Source: a virus. Taken from it: DNA of 38,629 bases. The notes below the pieces were generated by a model. It was not told the origin of the DNA. It worked only from the letters and a program-made list of their open reading frames with translations, and searched no databases. Below are positions 16,995 to 25,398 of the stretch, piece by piece; position 1 is the stretch's first letter; every line of letters begins with the position of its first letter. The stretch lies in IMG/VR virus record IMGVR_UViG_3300027861_000006, positions 1 to 38,629 of that record; one strand, 5' to 3'. A program made the translations under genes and the position numbers.

Positions 16995-17212
16995 TAATAA
17001 AAAGAAGTGAATTAATTCATTGCAAAGATAAGTCTGTGTATAACAACAATGTCTATTTGGTTGAGGGTATATATAAAATAAAAGAAGTTTGTGATGAGGA
17101 CTATAATTGTTGCACTTACTACTTGCTACATAACGATGAGTGGATTTTTATCGGATGTAGTGAGGATTATCTTGATGATATAAAGATTGACTTTTTGTTA
17201 ATGCACACCTAA
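16985..17212 (+). CDS. Hypothetical protein (75 aa)
   Basis: Last gene before the non-coding island. Confidence 0.5.
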   Translation: MQLVIKRSELIHCKDKSVYNNNVYLVEGIYKIKEVCDEDYNCCTYYLLHNDEWIFIGCSEDYLDDIKIDFLLMHT

Positions 17213-17232
17213 TTAATCTTTTCCCAACACTT

Positions 17233-17285
17233 GTTGGTTAAATTTGTTATATTAGTAATTACAAATAGATTAAGTTAAGCGCAAA
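17233..17285 (+). promoter_or_regulatory. Copy B of the conserved promoter-like element (TTGGTT-N7-TTATATTAGTAATTAC) plus a TAAGTTAAGCGG box
   Basis: Shares TTGGTk, TTATATT, GT.A.TAC and TAAGTT..GCGG with copies A and C. No ORF lies downstream. Confidence 0.4.
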
Positions 17286-17386
17286 TAAGAATTGAGAACT
17301 GGCGACTCAATCACTTAATCTTGAAAGGTTCTATATAGTAACAGGATAAGCTTAGAAACGTTCCTGAGAACCATAGAGCCTTTTTT
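17262..17386 (+). ncRNA. Candidate ~125-nt structured non-coding RNA or leader (two hairpin domains ending in U6)
   Basis: Domain 1: AGAUUAAGU (17266-74) pairs with ACUUAAUCU (17313-21), with an inner AUUGAG/CUCAAU stem. Domain 2: GGUUCU..CAGGA pairs with UCCUGAGAACC (17327-17372). T6 lies at 17381-86. Confidence 0.3.
17327..17386 (+). terminator. Possible conditional intrinsic terminator
   Basis: GGUUCUAU (17327-34) can pair with AUAGAGCC (17373-80; 8 bp, one G-U) directly before UUUUUU. Alternatively it pairs with the adjacent AGAACC (17367-72). Confidence 0.3.
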
Positions 17387-17405
17387 AATACCCTTTAAGC
17401 CCACT

Positions 17406-17414
17406 TGATATAAT
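17406..17414 (+). promoter_or_regulatory. Perfect extended -10 promoter element TGATATAAT
   Basis: Exact TGnTATAAT match about 20 nt after the U-run. Confidence 0.4.
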
Positions 17415-17470
17415 ACCAACCCAAATACACCACAGCACACCCAAGCCTATCCTAAACATCTCTAAACCCC

Positions 17471-17660
17471 TTTATATACTTATATATTATTATATATATA
17501 TTATATATAGTTATTTATTATTAATACTTAGTTATAGTGTTATTTATATATAATATCTAAATATTATTATTACGTTCATACATGCATATACAAGTACCTA
17601 TTGTAATTTTGTTTTTAGTTATTTTTAGTTAGTTTCTTATGTATTGTTTTAGATACTTTA
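17471..17660. other. About 190 bp of almost pure A/T; candidate DNA-unwinding element
   Basis: TATA-type runs and a tandem TTTTTAGTTA x2 at about 17612-17634. Very few G/C. Confidence 0.4.
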
Positions 17661-17665
17661 AGTGC

Positions 17666-17705
17666 AGATTGACCAGTGACAACACCAATAGGTGCCTGTC
17701 AATCT
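17666..17705. other. Hairpin AGATTGAC-N24-GTCAATCT (extendable with a bulge to GCAG/CTGC)
   Basis: Perfect 8-bp inverted repeat immediately after the AT block. Confidence 0.4.
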
Positions 17706-17739
17706 CACTGCATACAAATACCTATATGTCTATTAAGAA

Positions 17740-17748
17740 TGTGGATAA
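17740..17748 (+). promoter_or_regulatory. Perfect DnaA-box 9-mer (TGTGGATAA = complement of TTATCCACA)
   Basis: Exact match. Two one-mismatch copies in the same orientation lie at 17967-17975 (TGTTGATAA) and 17988-17996 (TGTGGATAC). Confidence 0.35.
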
Positions 17749-17806
17749 CTCCCAAAAATAGCGTCTGGATCAATTTAAGCACAAAAAGCGCTGGGAGGCA
17801 TTTAAT

Positions 17807-17923
17807 GTGAAAAAAGGCGTTATTGTGACAGTGGTTGGGTTTTTACTATGTTTTAGGCCATTATGCATGTCGCATAGTAACTATTATGTAAACTTTATTG
17901 CATTAATTGAAGATTTTAGTTGA
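17807..17923 (+). CDS. Possible 38-aa hydrophobic peptide inside the island
   Basis: GTG start 8 nt after GGGAGG. Translates as MKKGVIVTVVGFLLCFRPLCMSHSNYYVNFIALIEDFS. No other support. Confidence 0.2.
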   Translation: MKKGVIVTVVGFLLCFRPLCMSHSNYYVNFIALIEDFS

Positions 17924-17995
17924 TTTCTTGATGTTTTTGTATTAATTTAATTAATATAAATAAAATGTTGATAACTTGTTGGTATGTTGTGGATA

Positions 17996-18010
17996 CCCCC
18001 CCCCACCCCC
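17996..18010 (+). repeat. C9-A-C5 homopolymer tract (G-tracts on the minus strand), with a second CCCCAACCCC at 18051-18060
   Basis: Read directly. Stands out in an AT-rich genome. Confidence 0.9.
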
Positions 18011-18074
18011 AAAATTGAGGATGGAGGCTTAGGAAAAGTTTTGGACTAGTCCCCAACCCCGTAAGTATGAAAAC

Positions 18075-18350
18075 ATGAACATATGCAAAAAGGAGTATGG
18101 CATAGTGAAAAAAGAAAACACAAAAACTTTTAAAGACTTAATGTCTGAGTGTGAAAAGGCTCCTGAACCTCTTTATGTTTCGTATGAAGCGTTTCATGAT
18201 GATAAAACTTTTGAAGTGCGGGTGTATTTTATTTGTGGTGTTTACATAGCAATGTCGAATCACGAGGGTGGTGATTGTTGGGAAGATGAAGGTGCGTATT
18301 CATTTTTAGATTTCGATCTTTTTAAAAAAGATTTTGGGATAAAGGATTAA
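18075..18350 (+). CDS. Hypothetical protein; start may be GTG 18105 (9 nt after AAGGAG)
   Basis: First ORF after the island. Confidence 0.5.
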   Translation: MNICKKEYGIVKKENTKTFKDLMSECEKAPEPLYVSYEAFHDDKTFEVRVYFICGVYIAMSNHEGGDCWEDEGAYSFLDFDLFKKDFGIKD

Positions 18351-18353
18351 TTC

Positions 18354-18587
18354 GTGTCTAATTTTGAACAAATAATAATCGACAAAGAAATATTGCTTCC
18401 AGACAATACGGTTATGGGGATAGACTTAGGAGCAGGTAAGGTGATTATTGATGCTGGTTTAATGAGTGCTATGCTTACGTTGGCTTTAGAGGCCGCAGAG
18501 CTTGTAGGAAGTGCTTCTGGTACTGATACTACAAAGGCTATGGCTAGTATAGGTTTGATGCAAGCGTTTATAGCTGGAGGGAACTAA
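18354..18587 (+). CDS. Hypothetical protein (77 aa, GTG start)
   Basis: Tightly packed, co-oriented. Confidence 0.45.
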   Translation: MSNFEQIIIDKEILLPDNTVMGIDLGAGKVIIDAGLMSAMLTLALEAAELVGSASGTDTTKAMASIGLMQAFIAGGN

Positions 18588-18588
18588 C

Positions 18589-18735
18589 ATGTTGATTATG
18601 CCAAATGAAGTTAGAAGTGGTAGGACTGGCGAGAATACAGAGGCTTTTAGAAATTCTCATGATCGGATATTTGGGAAAAAGGACGATTCAAAGAAAACTT
18701 TGAAAAATAAAGAGGAGAAGAGAGATGTTGAATAA
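18589..18735 (+). CDS. Possible 48-aa basic peptide (not in the ORF track)
   Basis: ATG after GGAGGG. Its stop overlaps the next gene's start. Confidence 0.35.
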   Translation: MLIMPNEVRSGRTGENTEAFRNSHDRIFGKKDDSKKTLKNKEEKRDVE

Positions 18736-19282
18736 GTTTATTGTTTTTTTAGTGTTAATTATAGCGCTTGGGTTTGCGGGTGAAAATTACAATGGGTATT
18801 TAGATACTGTATTGGTGTCTGACACATTAGGGGCTGGAGATGCGTTTTATTCTGCAGCTATGAATTTGAGTGAAGATGAAGACATACGGCTATTGGTAAA
18901 AGCGAATGATACGAGTGAGGCGGGATTAACAGACGATAGTATTGCTATTTATTATGGGTATCAGACAGGTAAGGAGACGCTTGGGAGTGATGGTGAAGCC
19001 TATAATGCTTGGGATGGCGAGATGATTATAGATACGATGCTTGCAAGTGAGTTTGGTGCTGTTGGTAGTGGAACTATAGAGGCTTCGGGTACGCTTACAA
19101 GAACTTGGGGCGGTGCTGATACAACTAACGTTTCTGGTTTTGCTTATCAAAGTAGGTGGTTTGTACCTGAATGGGATCATAGGATAAGATTTTTTGTAAA
19201 AGGTTTGGCTGCAAATAAAAAAGGTTCTGCTTTACATCTTGTGTTAGAGGTGGGTAGACGTTTAGATATTCCAACGAAATAG
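18725..19282 (+). CDS. Predicted secreted protein (185 aa) just upstream of the portal gene
   Basis: Sec-like N-terminus MLNKFIVFLVLIIALGFA/GEN. RBS GAGGAGAAG. Confidence 0.6.
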   Translation: MLNKFIVFLVLIIALGFAGENYNGYLDTVLVSDTLGAGDAFYSAAMNLSEDEDIRLLVKANDTSEAGLTDDSIAIYYGYQTGKETLGSDGEAYNAWDGEMIIDTMLASEFGAVGSGTIEASGTLTRTWGGADTTNVSGFAYQSRWFVPEWDHRIRFFVKGLAANKKGSALHLVLEVGRRLDIPTK

Positions 19283-19290
19283 GTTGAATA

Positions 19291-21138
19291 ATGTCATTTG
19301 ATATTACTGAAGATAATTTTAAGAAGCATGAAAAGGAGCTTACGGCTCTTTTGGCTGATCAACTTAACAGCTATTATAAGTCTAGTTGCTATAAGCGTCT
19401 CGAGGGGCGTTATTTTCGTTTAAAAGACTCTGTGGATATGAATTTTCATGGTAATGCTAATCGGAGTCGAAGTGTAAGTCGAACTAGAAATGCCTCTAAG
19501 AGTAGGATGAACTTTGCGTTAGTGAAACAACGGACTATTTTAAGAAGAGCGATTTTATCGCAGAATTCCCGGGGTGAACCTTTAGCGACAACTGAGCCTA
19601 TTGGTGCTACCACTATGGAAGCTGCAAACAACATTCAAGATGTTGTAAATATGAATTTAAAAAGTACTGAGTTTCGTGCAAAGGCTTTTTTAGCTATTAA
19701 AGACGACACTTCTGTGTTTGGTGCATCTGTGGCTTATACGTCATGGAGAGAGAGTTCAAAACAGGCTAAGAAGACAGTTGCGTCAAAGATAGGCCCTAGA
19801 AGAGAGCTTGTAAGGACCACTAAAAAGAATGCTGTTAATCATGCCATTAATGTTCTTGATTATTTTCAAGATCCAAAAGTTTCTGATCCTGACGATTCAG
19901 ATTATCAAGGTCACATAGAGAGAATTAACCTATCCAAACTTGTTGCTGCTGTAAAAATGAACCCTGAGGCTTATATTACTGCTAATGTTGAGCAGATAAT
20001 TGAAAGAGCTAAAAAGGAATCGATACAAGATAAGAATTACCATGATAAAACTGTGGACAGTTCTATTTCGAGTAAAAGGTTTGAGATAGATAGACAGATT
20101 TTTTATTCTACTTGCAATATTAAGGGAAATGAGGACAATAGTAATTTTTATTATGTTGAAATGATTGCAGGAAAAATTGTTCGCTTTCAAGAAAACCCTC
20201 ACGACAACGATATTCGACCTTATGCGGTATTTACTTTTTATCCACGAAGAGAAGTGTGGTGGGGTAATTCTGACGCTGAATTCGTACTACCTCACGAAAA
20301 ATATACTAACCTGATAATGGGTATGAAAGCTGATAAAGCACTTCAATCTCTTCAGAGCTACTTGTTTTATGAAAAAGGTACTATTGACGTAGCTGATTGG
20401 AATAATCGACATAAGAATGGTGGTTTTGTTGGAGTTAATACAGGCGGCAATCAAAATCTTTCTCAGTTATTGTACCAAGTGCAGCCACAAGATCAATCCT
20501 TAAACACTACTGACTCGATTATGAGAGAAGTTAAGGAGAATGAACAGAAACTTACTCCAAGACCTGACCTATCAAGGGCTGCTAAAAGCGGAGGTCTACA
20601 AAACACTACTGCTACTGCTGCAAATATCCTTGATGAACAGGGTGATGTTGTAGAATCAGAGATATTAGAGAACTTTACTTTCGGATTAAAACGATTAATT
20701 AGAAATAATGTGATTATTCTTCAACAGAGACTTTCAGACGAGTTTGCTATTAGGCCAAAACCTAACGAAGCACAAAGAAAATTGATGAAAGAGGAAATAT
20801 TAGGCGATGTTGATTACCATATTGAGACAAGTTTAAATAAAAACAAAGCTACTGAGCTGTTAAGGCTACAAAACCTAATTACAATGTTTATGAACTTCAA
20901 GGGTAGTGGTGATCCAGCATTAGCACAACTTGATTTAACAGGTATTTTCAAAAAATTACTAAAACAGGCTGATATTGGGGATGTAGACGAGTTATTTCCC
21001 ACTCAGCCACAACAAGAGTTGCCGGGCGCAGTGCCAAGTGACCCACAAGCTCCACAGGGGGCCGATTTAGGGCAGGCAGGCGCAGTACAGGAACTCACAC
21101 CACCCCAAACACAGGAAGGGGCTTTAAATGAGGCTTAG
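19291..21138 (+). CDS. Portal protein (candidate)
   Basis: 615 aa, first large virion gene. Followed by scaffold-like and capsid genes as in T7-type order. P/Q-rich disordered C-tail. Family not verified. Confidence 0.6.
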   Translation: MSFDITEDNFKKHEKELTALLADQLNSYYKSSCYKRLEGRYFRLKDSVDMNFHGNANRSRSVSRTRNASKSRMNFALVKQRTILRRAILSQNSRGEPLATTEPIGATTMEAANNIQDVVNMNLKSTEFRAKAFLAIKDDTSVFGASVAYTSWRESSKQAKKTVASKIGPRRELVRTTKKNAVNHAINVLDYFQDPKVSDPDDSDYQGHIERINLSKLVAAVKMNPEAYITANVEQIIERAKKESIQDKNYHDKTVDSSISSKRFEIDRQIFYSTCNIKGNEDNSNFYYVEMIAGKIVRFQENPHDNDIRPYAVFTFYPRREVWWGNSDAEFVLPHEKYTNLIMGMKADKALQSLQSYLFYEKGTIDVADWNNRHKNGGFVGVNTGGNQNLSQLLYQVQPQDQSLNTTDSIMREVKENEQKLTPRPDLSRAAKSGGLQNTTATAANILDEQGDVVESEILENFTFGLKRLIRNNVIILQQRLSDEFAIRPKPNEAQRKLMKEEILGDVDYHIETSLNKNKATELLRLQNLITMFMNFKGSGDPALAQLDLTGIFKKLLKQADIGDVDELFPTQPQQELPGAVPSDPQAPQGADLGQAGAVQELTPPQTQEGALNEA

Positions 21139-21571
21139 AGACTTCATATACCAACTAATTTCGTTCGGCGGCTATTCAAGAAAGCTTTATCGAGAATTGC
21201 ATGATTCTTTTAACAAAGATATTGCTAATACAAGAGAGGTCGTTGCACAGGCAAAGGCTGCTGAAGATAATTATAACAAGAAGCCTACTAGATTTTCGGT
21301 TATCGAGGCGTTTGACGCTAATAGCCCTGAATTTCAAAAGCAGATCCTTGAGCTTTCAAAGAGTGCTACCTTTAGATGGTTAGTTTTTTCTACTGAGCAA
21401 GATGTCTACGACATGATGAACAATGCTACAGGTGAAAAAGCTGTTGAGATTATGGGAATGTCAAAAGGATTACGTTATTTCAGGACTGTAATTGATGGTA
21501 TTTGTAAGAGCCGACAAGAATTTGCGGCAAAAGCTGAATTCCAAAACAATAGCGGGGCTGAAATTGACTAA
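21128..21571 (+). CDS. Hypothetical virion-module protein (147 aa)
   Basis: Overlaps the portal stop. Confidence 0.5.
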   Translation: MRLRDFIYQLISFGGYSRKLYRELHDSFNKDIANTREVVAQAKAAEDNYNKKPTRFSVIEAFDANSPEFQKQILELSKSATFRWLVFSTEQDVYDMMNNATGEKAVEIMGMSKGLRYFRTVIDGICKSRQEFAAKAEFQNNSGAEID

Positions 21572-21917
21572 GAAGTACAGTTACCACGATTATAAGCTTC
21601 CTAGCAAAAAGCCGTTGCCTGAGGATATAAATCAGATAGCTACAGATATTGCTACTAGGCTAGACACTACAGGAAAACTATTAAAACTTATGACTTACCC
21701 TGAAAGCAATAAAGCTTTTGGCAATATCAATTATATAAACCCTGCTACTATGAGACTTGAGGCTACATTTGAGTATCATAGCGGTATGGTGAAGCTTATC
21801 AAGCTTGTTAAGTACATAGACGATACAGCTTCTCACTTTATGCAGACGATTAAGAATAATAAAATTGAATTTAGAACTGAGGCTCAAATTAATAAGTCTC
21901 GAAATGCAAATAAATAA
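21492..21917 (+). CDS. Hypothetical virion-module protein; start uncertain (ATG 21495 or TTG near 21563)
   Basis: ORF overlaps the upstream gene by up to 80 nt. Confidence 0.45.
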   Translation: MMVFVRADKNLRQKLNSKTIAGLKLTKKYSYHDYKLPSKKPLPEDINQIATDIATRLDTTGKLLKLMTYPESNKAFGNINYINPATMRLEATFEYHSGMVKLIKLVKYIDDTASHFMQTIKNNKIEFRTEAQINKSRNANK

Positions 21918-21937
21918 CTCTTACAGGAGAAAATGAT

Positions 21938-23005
21938 ATGGCAGATGAAATAGAATCAGGAGAAGTGGACCAAGAACAGCAGGCCCAAAGCTTTTTTGTT
22001 GACCAAGATACTGGTGAACGTGTTGACTCTACGCCTAGTGCTGAAGAAGCACAAGAAAAGCCTTTAGAAGCGGAGGCTGCCAAAGAGCCTGACGCTAAAG
22101 AAGCACCAACGGATACAACCGAAAAAGAAAACGTAGAAGACCCTTTTAATTTCATGGATACGGCAGAAGATGGTTCTAAATCATTTAATGCTCTTTCTGC
22201 TATGGAGTTTTTAGAAGGGGCAGGACAGAAGCAACCAACTTATGGCGAGGCTTCTCCAAGGGCGGCAGAGGCGGCGCAAAACGCTGACCCTCTAAATCCA
22301 CAAGGAGCGGCGCAAGAGCCTGAAAGGAGTCTGGTAGAGCTTGCAAGGGATAACGTAATGAGTTTCCCTAATTACATGCAAGGTTACATAGACCAAGGGT
22401 ACAGCATCGATCAGGCATACCAGTATGCTAAACAGGCTGTGGAAAACGATTTGACTTCCTTTGAAACTACTAACCGTTATGAAGAGATGGAAAAGCGGTT
22501 AGAAGAAAAGTTCAGTGGAAAGCAGACCGAAAGAACCCATCAAGAGGAAATGGCGGCATTAACTCCTGTATCTACAAGAAATCTACACGAGGTCGCAAAG
22601 GCTTCGGGATTAGGATCTGTGGAGAAATTACAAAGTGCTTTAGTGAACCCCGAATATGGTGGTAGAGCGATTCAACACTTTTTTCAACAAAGTATTGGAG
22701 ATACTAAATTTGAGTCAACCGAAGCGGAACAGCAAGCTATGAACGATTGGTTTGTTAAGTTTACTGCGGATAGAAACAATTTAGAGCTCTTGGCAGACAT
22801 AACAACTGCTCGAATATTTAAGGCAAACTTGCCAAAACTTACAGAAGCTATCAGGGCGGGTAAAGTCGGCCTTGATAATGAAAATAAGCGAGGTAACGGT
22901 ATGGGTAATATTTCGACACAGGGTAAAACTAGAAATAACCCTGCTACACAAAAGACAAACGAACTTGCAAATTTCTTGCATGTAAATAGTCTTGATGAAG
23001 TGTAG
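21938..23005 (+). CDS. Scaffolding protein (candidate)
   Basis: Acidic, helical, low-complexity 355-aa protein between the portal and capsid genes. Confidence 0.5.
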   Translation: MADEIESGEVDQEQQAQSFFVDQDTGERVDSTPSAEEAQEKPLEAEAAKEPDAKEAPTDTTEKENVEDPFNFMDTAEDGSKSFNALSAMEFLEGAGQKQPTYGEASPRAAEAAQNADPLNPQGAAQEPERSLVELARDNVMSFPNYMQGYIDQGYSIDQAYQYAKQAVENDLTSFETTNRYEEMEKRLEEKFSGKQTERTHQEEMAALTPVSTRNLHEVAKASGLGSVEKLQSALVNPEYGGRAIQHFFQQSIGDTKFESTEAEQQAMNDWFVKFTADRNNLELLADITTARIFKANLPKLTEAIRAGKVGLDNENKRGNGMGNISTQGKTRNNPATQKTNELANFLHVNSLDEV

Positions 23006-23030
23006 CAATAATTTATAAGGAGGCCATGTT

Positions 23031-24227
23031 ATGGCAACTCAACAGACACCTTTTGTACCTCAAGACCCTTCGGCTACAGGGTTACAGGGAAGAACAGTAA
23101 ATGATGAAATTAGAAACCTTATTCCCGGCAACTCACCGCTATTAGAGCTTGTTGCAGTTGGTGTTGCGCAAGACGGTAAAGTGAAAAAATCAGCGGGAAT
23201 GATTAGTAAACAGGCTACAGATACAGTAAGATTTGAAGCTTTCACACATACACCACCTGGCTATCTTCAGACTGTTGCAACTAAAACAAGTGCTCTTGTT
23301 TATACGTTTGCAAGTGTTGCTGAAATTTATGTTAGAATGGTATTTGAAAATACTGCTAACAAAACCGTTGGTGTAGTTTCAGCTATTTCAAGTACAAGTG
23401 TTACTTTTACCTCTATTGGTTCAACTGCCTTTTCTGCTGTTGCAGGTGACGTTTTAATGCGTCTTGGTAACGCTTATGAAGCCAATTCAAGCGATCCTGC
23501 TTACTTGCAGAAAGACGATGATAACATTTACAATATGTGTCAGACTTTCCGTTTTCCAACAGCAGCTTCAAATTCACAGATTGCTACAAAACAGGTTGCA
23601 GGTGGAGATTTCTTTCAGAGAGCTTCTAAGTATGCAATGATTGAAGGTATGCGTGATATTGAAAGAGCGTTTCTTTTTGGTAAAAAATCTTCAAGTGGTA
23701 ATACTACTGAGATTAGTGATATTAGTAAAAACGTAGCGACTACTGAAGGTCTATGGAATCAGTCAGGTGTTGTATTTGATGCAGGTGGAAACATGACTCC
23801 GTCAAAGCTCTTTAAGGATATTCCAAACAAAATGGACTCTTCTGTAGGCGATATGGACCGTGTTATTATGCTGACTTCTAAGAAACAGCGTACTAACCTT
23901 CTTGAACAGCAGCAGGACAGTATTCGTATTGACCAAAAATCTGATCCTAAAGAATATGGTGTTAAAATCCCAATGTTTATGACAGGTGGACCAAACATTG
24001 AAATTCGTTCGCATGATGCGTTTAACAATGCAGGACACGAAGACGAAGGACTTATTTTCCTTCCTGAGCGTCTTAAATATCGTTACCTTAAAGGTAGAGA
24101 TATTGCACCAAACAAAGATATTCAGTCTAATTCTACTGATGGTAAAATTGACGAAATCTTTGGTGAAGTTGGATTGCAGAATGACGATGGTGGTGTGTCA
24201 ATAATGAGACTTATTAACATGTCTTAA
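23031..24227 (+). CDS. Major capsid protein (candidate)
   Basis: 398 aa. ATG lies 7 nt after AAGGAGG. Directly follows the scaffold-like gene and is followed by the clearest intrinsic terminator in the window. Confidence 0.7.
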   Translation: MATQQTPFVPQDPSATGLQGRTVNDEIRNLIPGNSPLLELVAVGVAQDGKVKKSAGMISKQATDTVRFEAFTHTPPGYLQTVATKTSALVYTFASVAEIYVRMVFENTANKTVGVVSAISSTSVTFTSIGSTAFSAVAGDVLMRLGNAYEANSSDPAYLQKDDDNIYNMCQTFRFPTAASNSQIATKQVAGGDFFQRASKYAMIEGMRDIERAFLFGKKSSSGNTTEISDISKNVATTEGLWNQSGVVFDAGGNMTPSKLFKDIPNKMDSSVGDMDRVIMLTSKKQRTNLLEQQQDSIRIDQKSDPKEYGVKIPMFMTGGPNIEIRSHDAFNNAGHEDEGLIFLPERLKYRYLKGRDIAPNKDIQSNSTDGKIDEIFGEVGLQNDDGGVSIMRLINMS

Positions 24228-24233
24228 TTAATA

Positions 24234-24262
24234 GCCCTCTTGAAATATAGGGGGCTTCTTTT
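24234..24262 (+). terminator. Intrinsic terminator after the capsid gene
   Basis: GCCCTCT-tgaaatat-AGGGGGC (one mismatch) followed by TTCTTTT. Confidence 0.65.
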
Positions 24263-24285
24263 AAATTTCTAAATGGAGAAATGAA

Positions 24286-24786
24286 ATGAAATCAATAAAA
24301 ATCTTTTTGGTAATGGCTGTTTTCGCTTCTATTGCTTTTGCAGACGCACTTGCAGATATAAGTGTAAGTGCAGTTCCTGAATTTGACAGAAATAACAACG
24401 ATGTTGTTTCGGCTGATGCGTTGTATGATACGCTTTCGGGTGCTGACACTTCAATCATGTTCACAGACTTTGTTCCAACAAGAGGTTGGGAATACATTTT
24501 AGTAAGAGACGCTATTACTGGTACAGGAGCCGATTCCGCTTATTATTACCTGCAGGTTGACTGCAAGGATGCTAAGAGGGGTAACGTGCTTTACACGGCT
24601 AATATCGATACTATAGACGGTGCTGCAGGGGTTGCTAATATTATACCTTTTGGCAATACTCTAATTGGTACAGCGTTTGATATTCGACTTGTTGGTATTT
24701 CGGGTAGTACAGGTTTTCAGGCGATTGTGAATAGAGCAATGCTTTATCGCAGACGACCAAGAACAATCTTTAAAGCGTGGAATTAA
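24286..24786 (+). CDS. Predicted secreted protein (166 aa) inside the virion module
   Basis: Sec-like N-terminus MKSIKIFLVMAVFASIAFA/DALAD. Basic C-terminus. Confidence 0.6.
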   Translation: MKSIKIFLVMAVFASIAFADALADISVSAVPEFDRNNNDVVSADALYDTLSGADTSIMFTDFVPTRGWEYILVRDAITGTGADSAYYYLQVDCKDAKRGNVLYTANIDTIDGAAGVANIIPFGNTLIGTAFDIRLVGISGSTGFQAIVNRAMLYRRRPRTIFKAWN

Positions 24787-24840
24787 TTAATAGGAGGGTG
24801 TAAAAGCCCTCTTTAACATAACCTTTAAAAAGGAAAAAAA

Positions 24841-25398
24841 ATGTCAAAAGAAAAAAAAGAGATCAAGTATGTTGTGGCTGCAAAAAGCTTTAGCATTATT
24901 GTTCAGATTAAAGACGAAAAAGGTAAAAAGGTAAAGGATGTTGATTCTGAAACAGGTGTTCAGAAACGTGTTAATCGCACTCCTCAATTCCATGAAGACC
25001 TTGTGGACATGAAAAATGTTATCGATAGTGTTAAAAAAGGTTATCTCTGTGAATACAATGTTACAGAAGAAACACCTAATTACATCGCAGACGCTTTTAA
25101 AAAGTGTGCGGAAAATCGTTCTCATCCAGTTATAACTTATGATACTTGGATCAAAGAGAATAATCCTGAACGTCATGCAGAGATGGTTAGAGCAGATCAG
25201 GCCGAAAAAGCTGCTGCTGAAGCTTACGAAAAAGGTAAAGCTGAAGGTCAGACAGGCGATATCAAAAAGCTTACTTCTGAAAAGAATACTGCTGAAATAG
25301 CTGTTGAAAATCTTACAAATGAAGTTGCTGAAAAAGACGAAACTATTGCAGACCTTCAGAAAAAGGTTGCTGAAATCGAAAAGAATGCAGGTAAATAA
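24841..25398 (+). CDS. Hypothetical virion-module protein with a coiled-coil C-terminus
   Basis: 185-aa ORF. ATG after AGGAAAAAAA. Confidence 0.55.
   Translation: MSKEKKEIKYVVAAKSFSIIVQIKDEKGKKVKDVDSETGVQKRVNRTPQFHEDLVDMKNVIDSVKKGYLCEYNVTEETPNYIADAFKKCAENRSHPVITYDTWIKENNPERHAEMVRADQAEKAAAEAYEKGKAEGQTGDIKKLTSEKNTAEIAVENLTNEVAEKDETIADLQKKVAEIEKNAGK

Noticed and set aside
17919-17960. Additional sigma70-like promoters in the A/T-rich part of the island (e.g. TTGATG-18-TAATAT)
   Set aside because: In such AT-rich sequence, hexamer matches are expected by chance. Only the perfect extended -10 and the conserved three-copy element were retained.
21128-21917. Programmed frameshift joining 21128-21571 and 21492-21917
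   Set aside because: No slippery heptamer or downstream structure was seen in the 80-nt overlap. Separate initiation is the simpler explanation.
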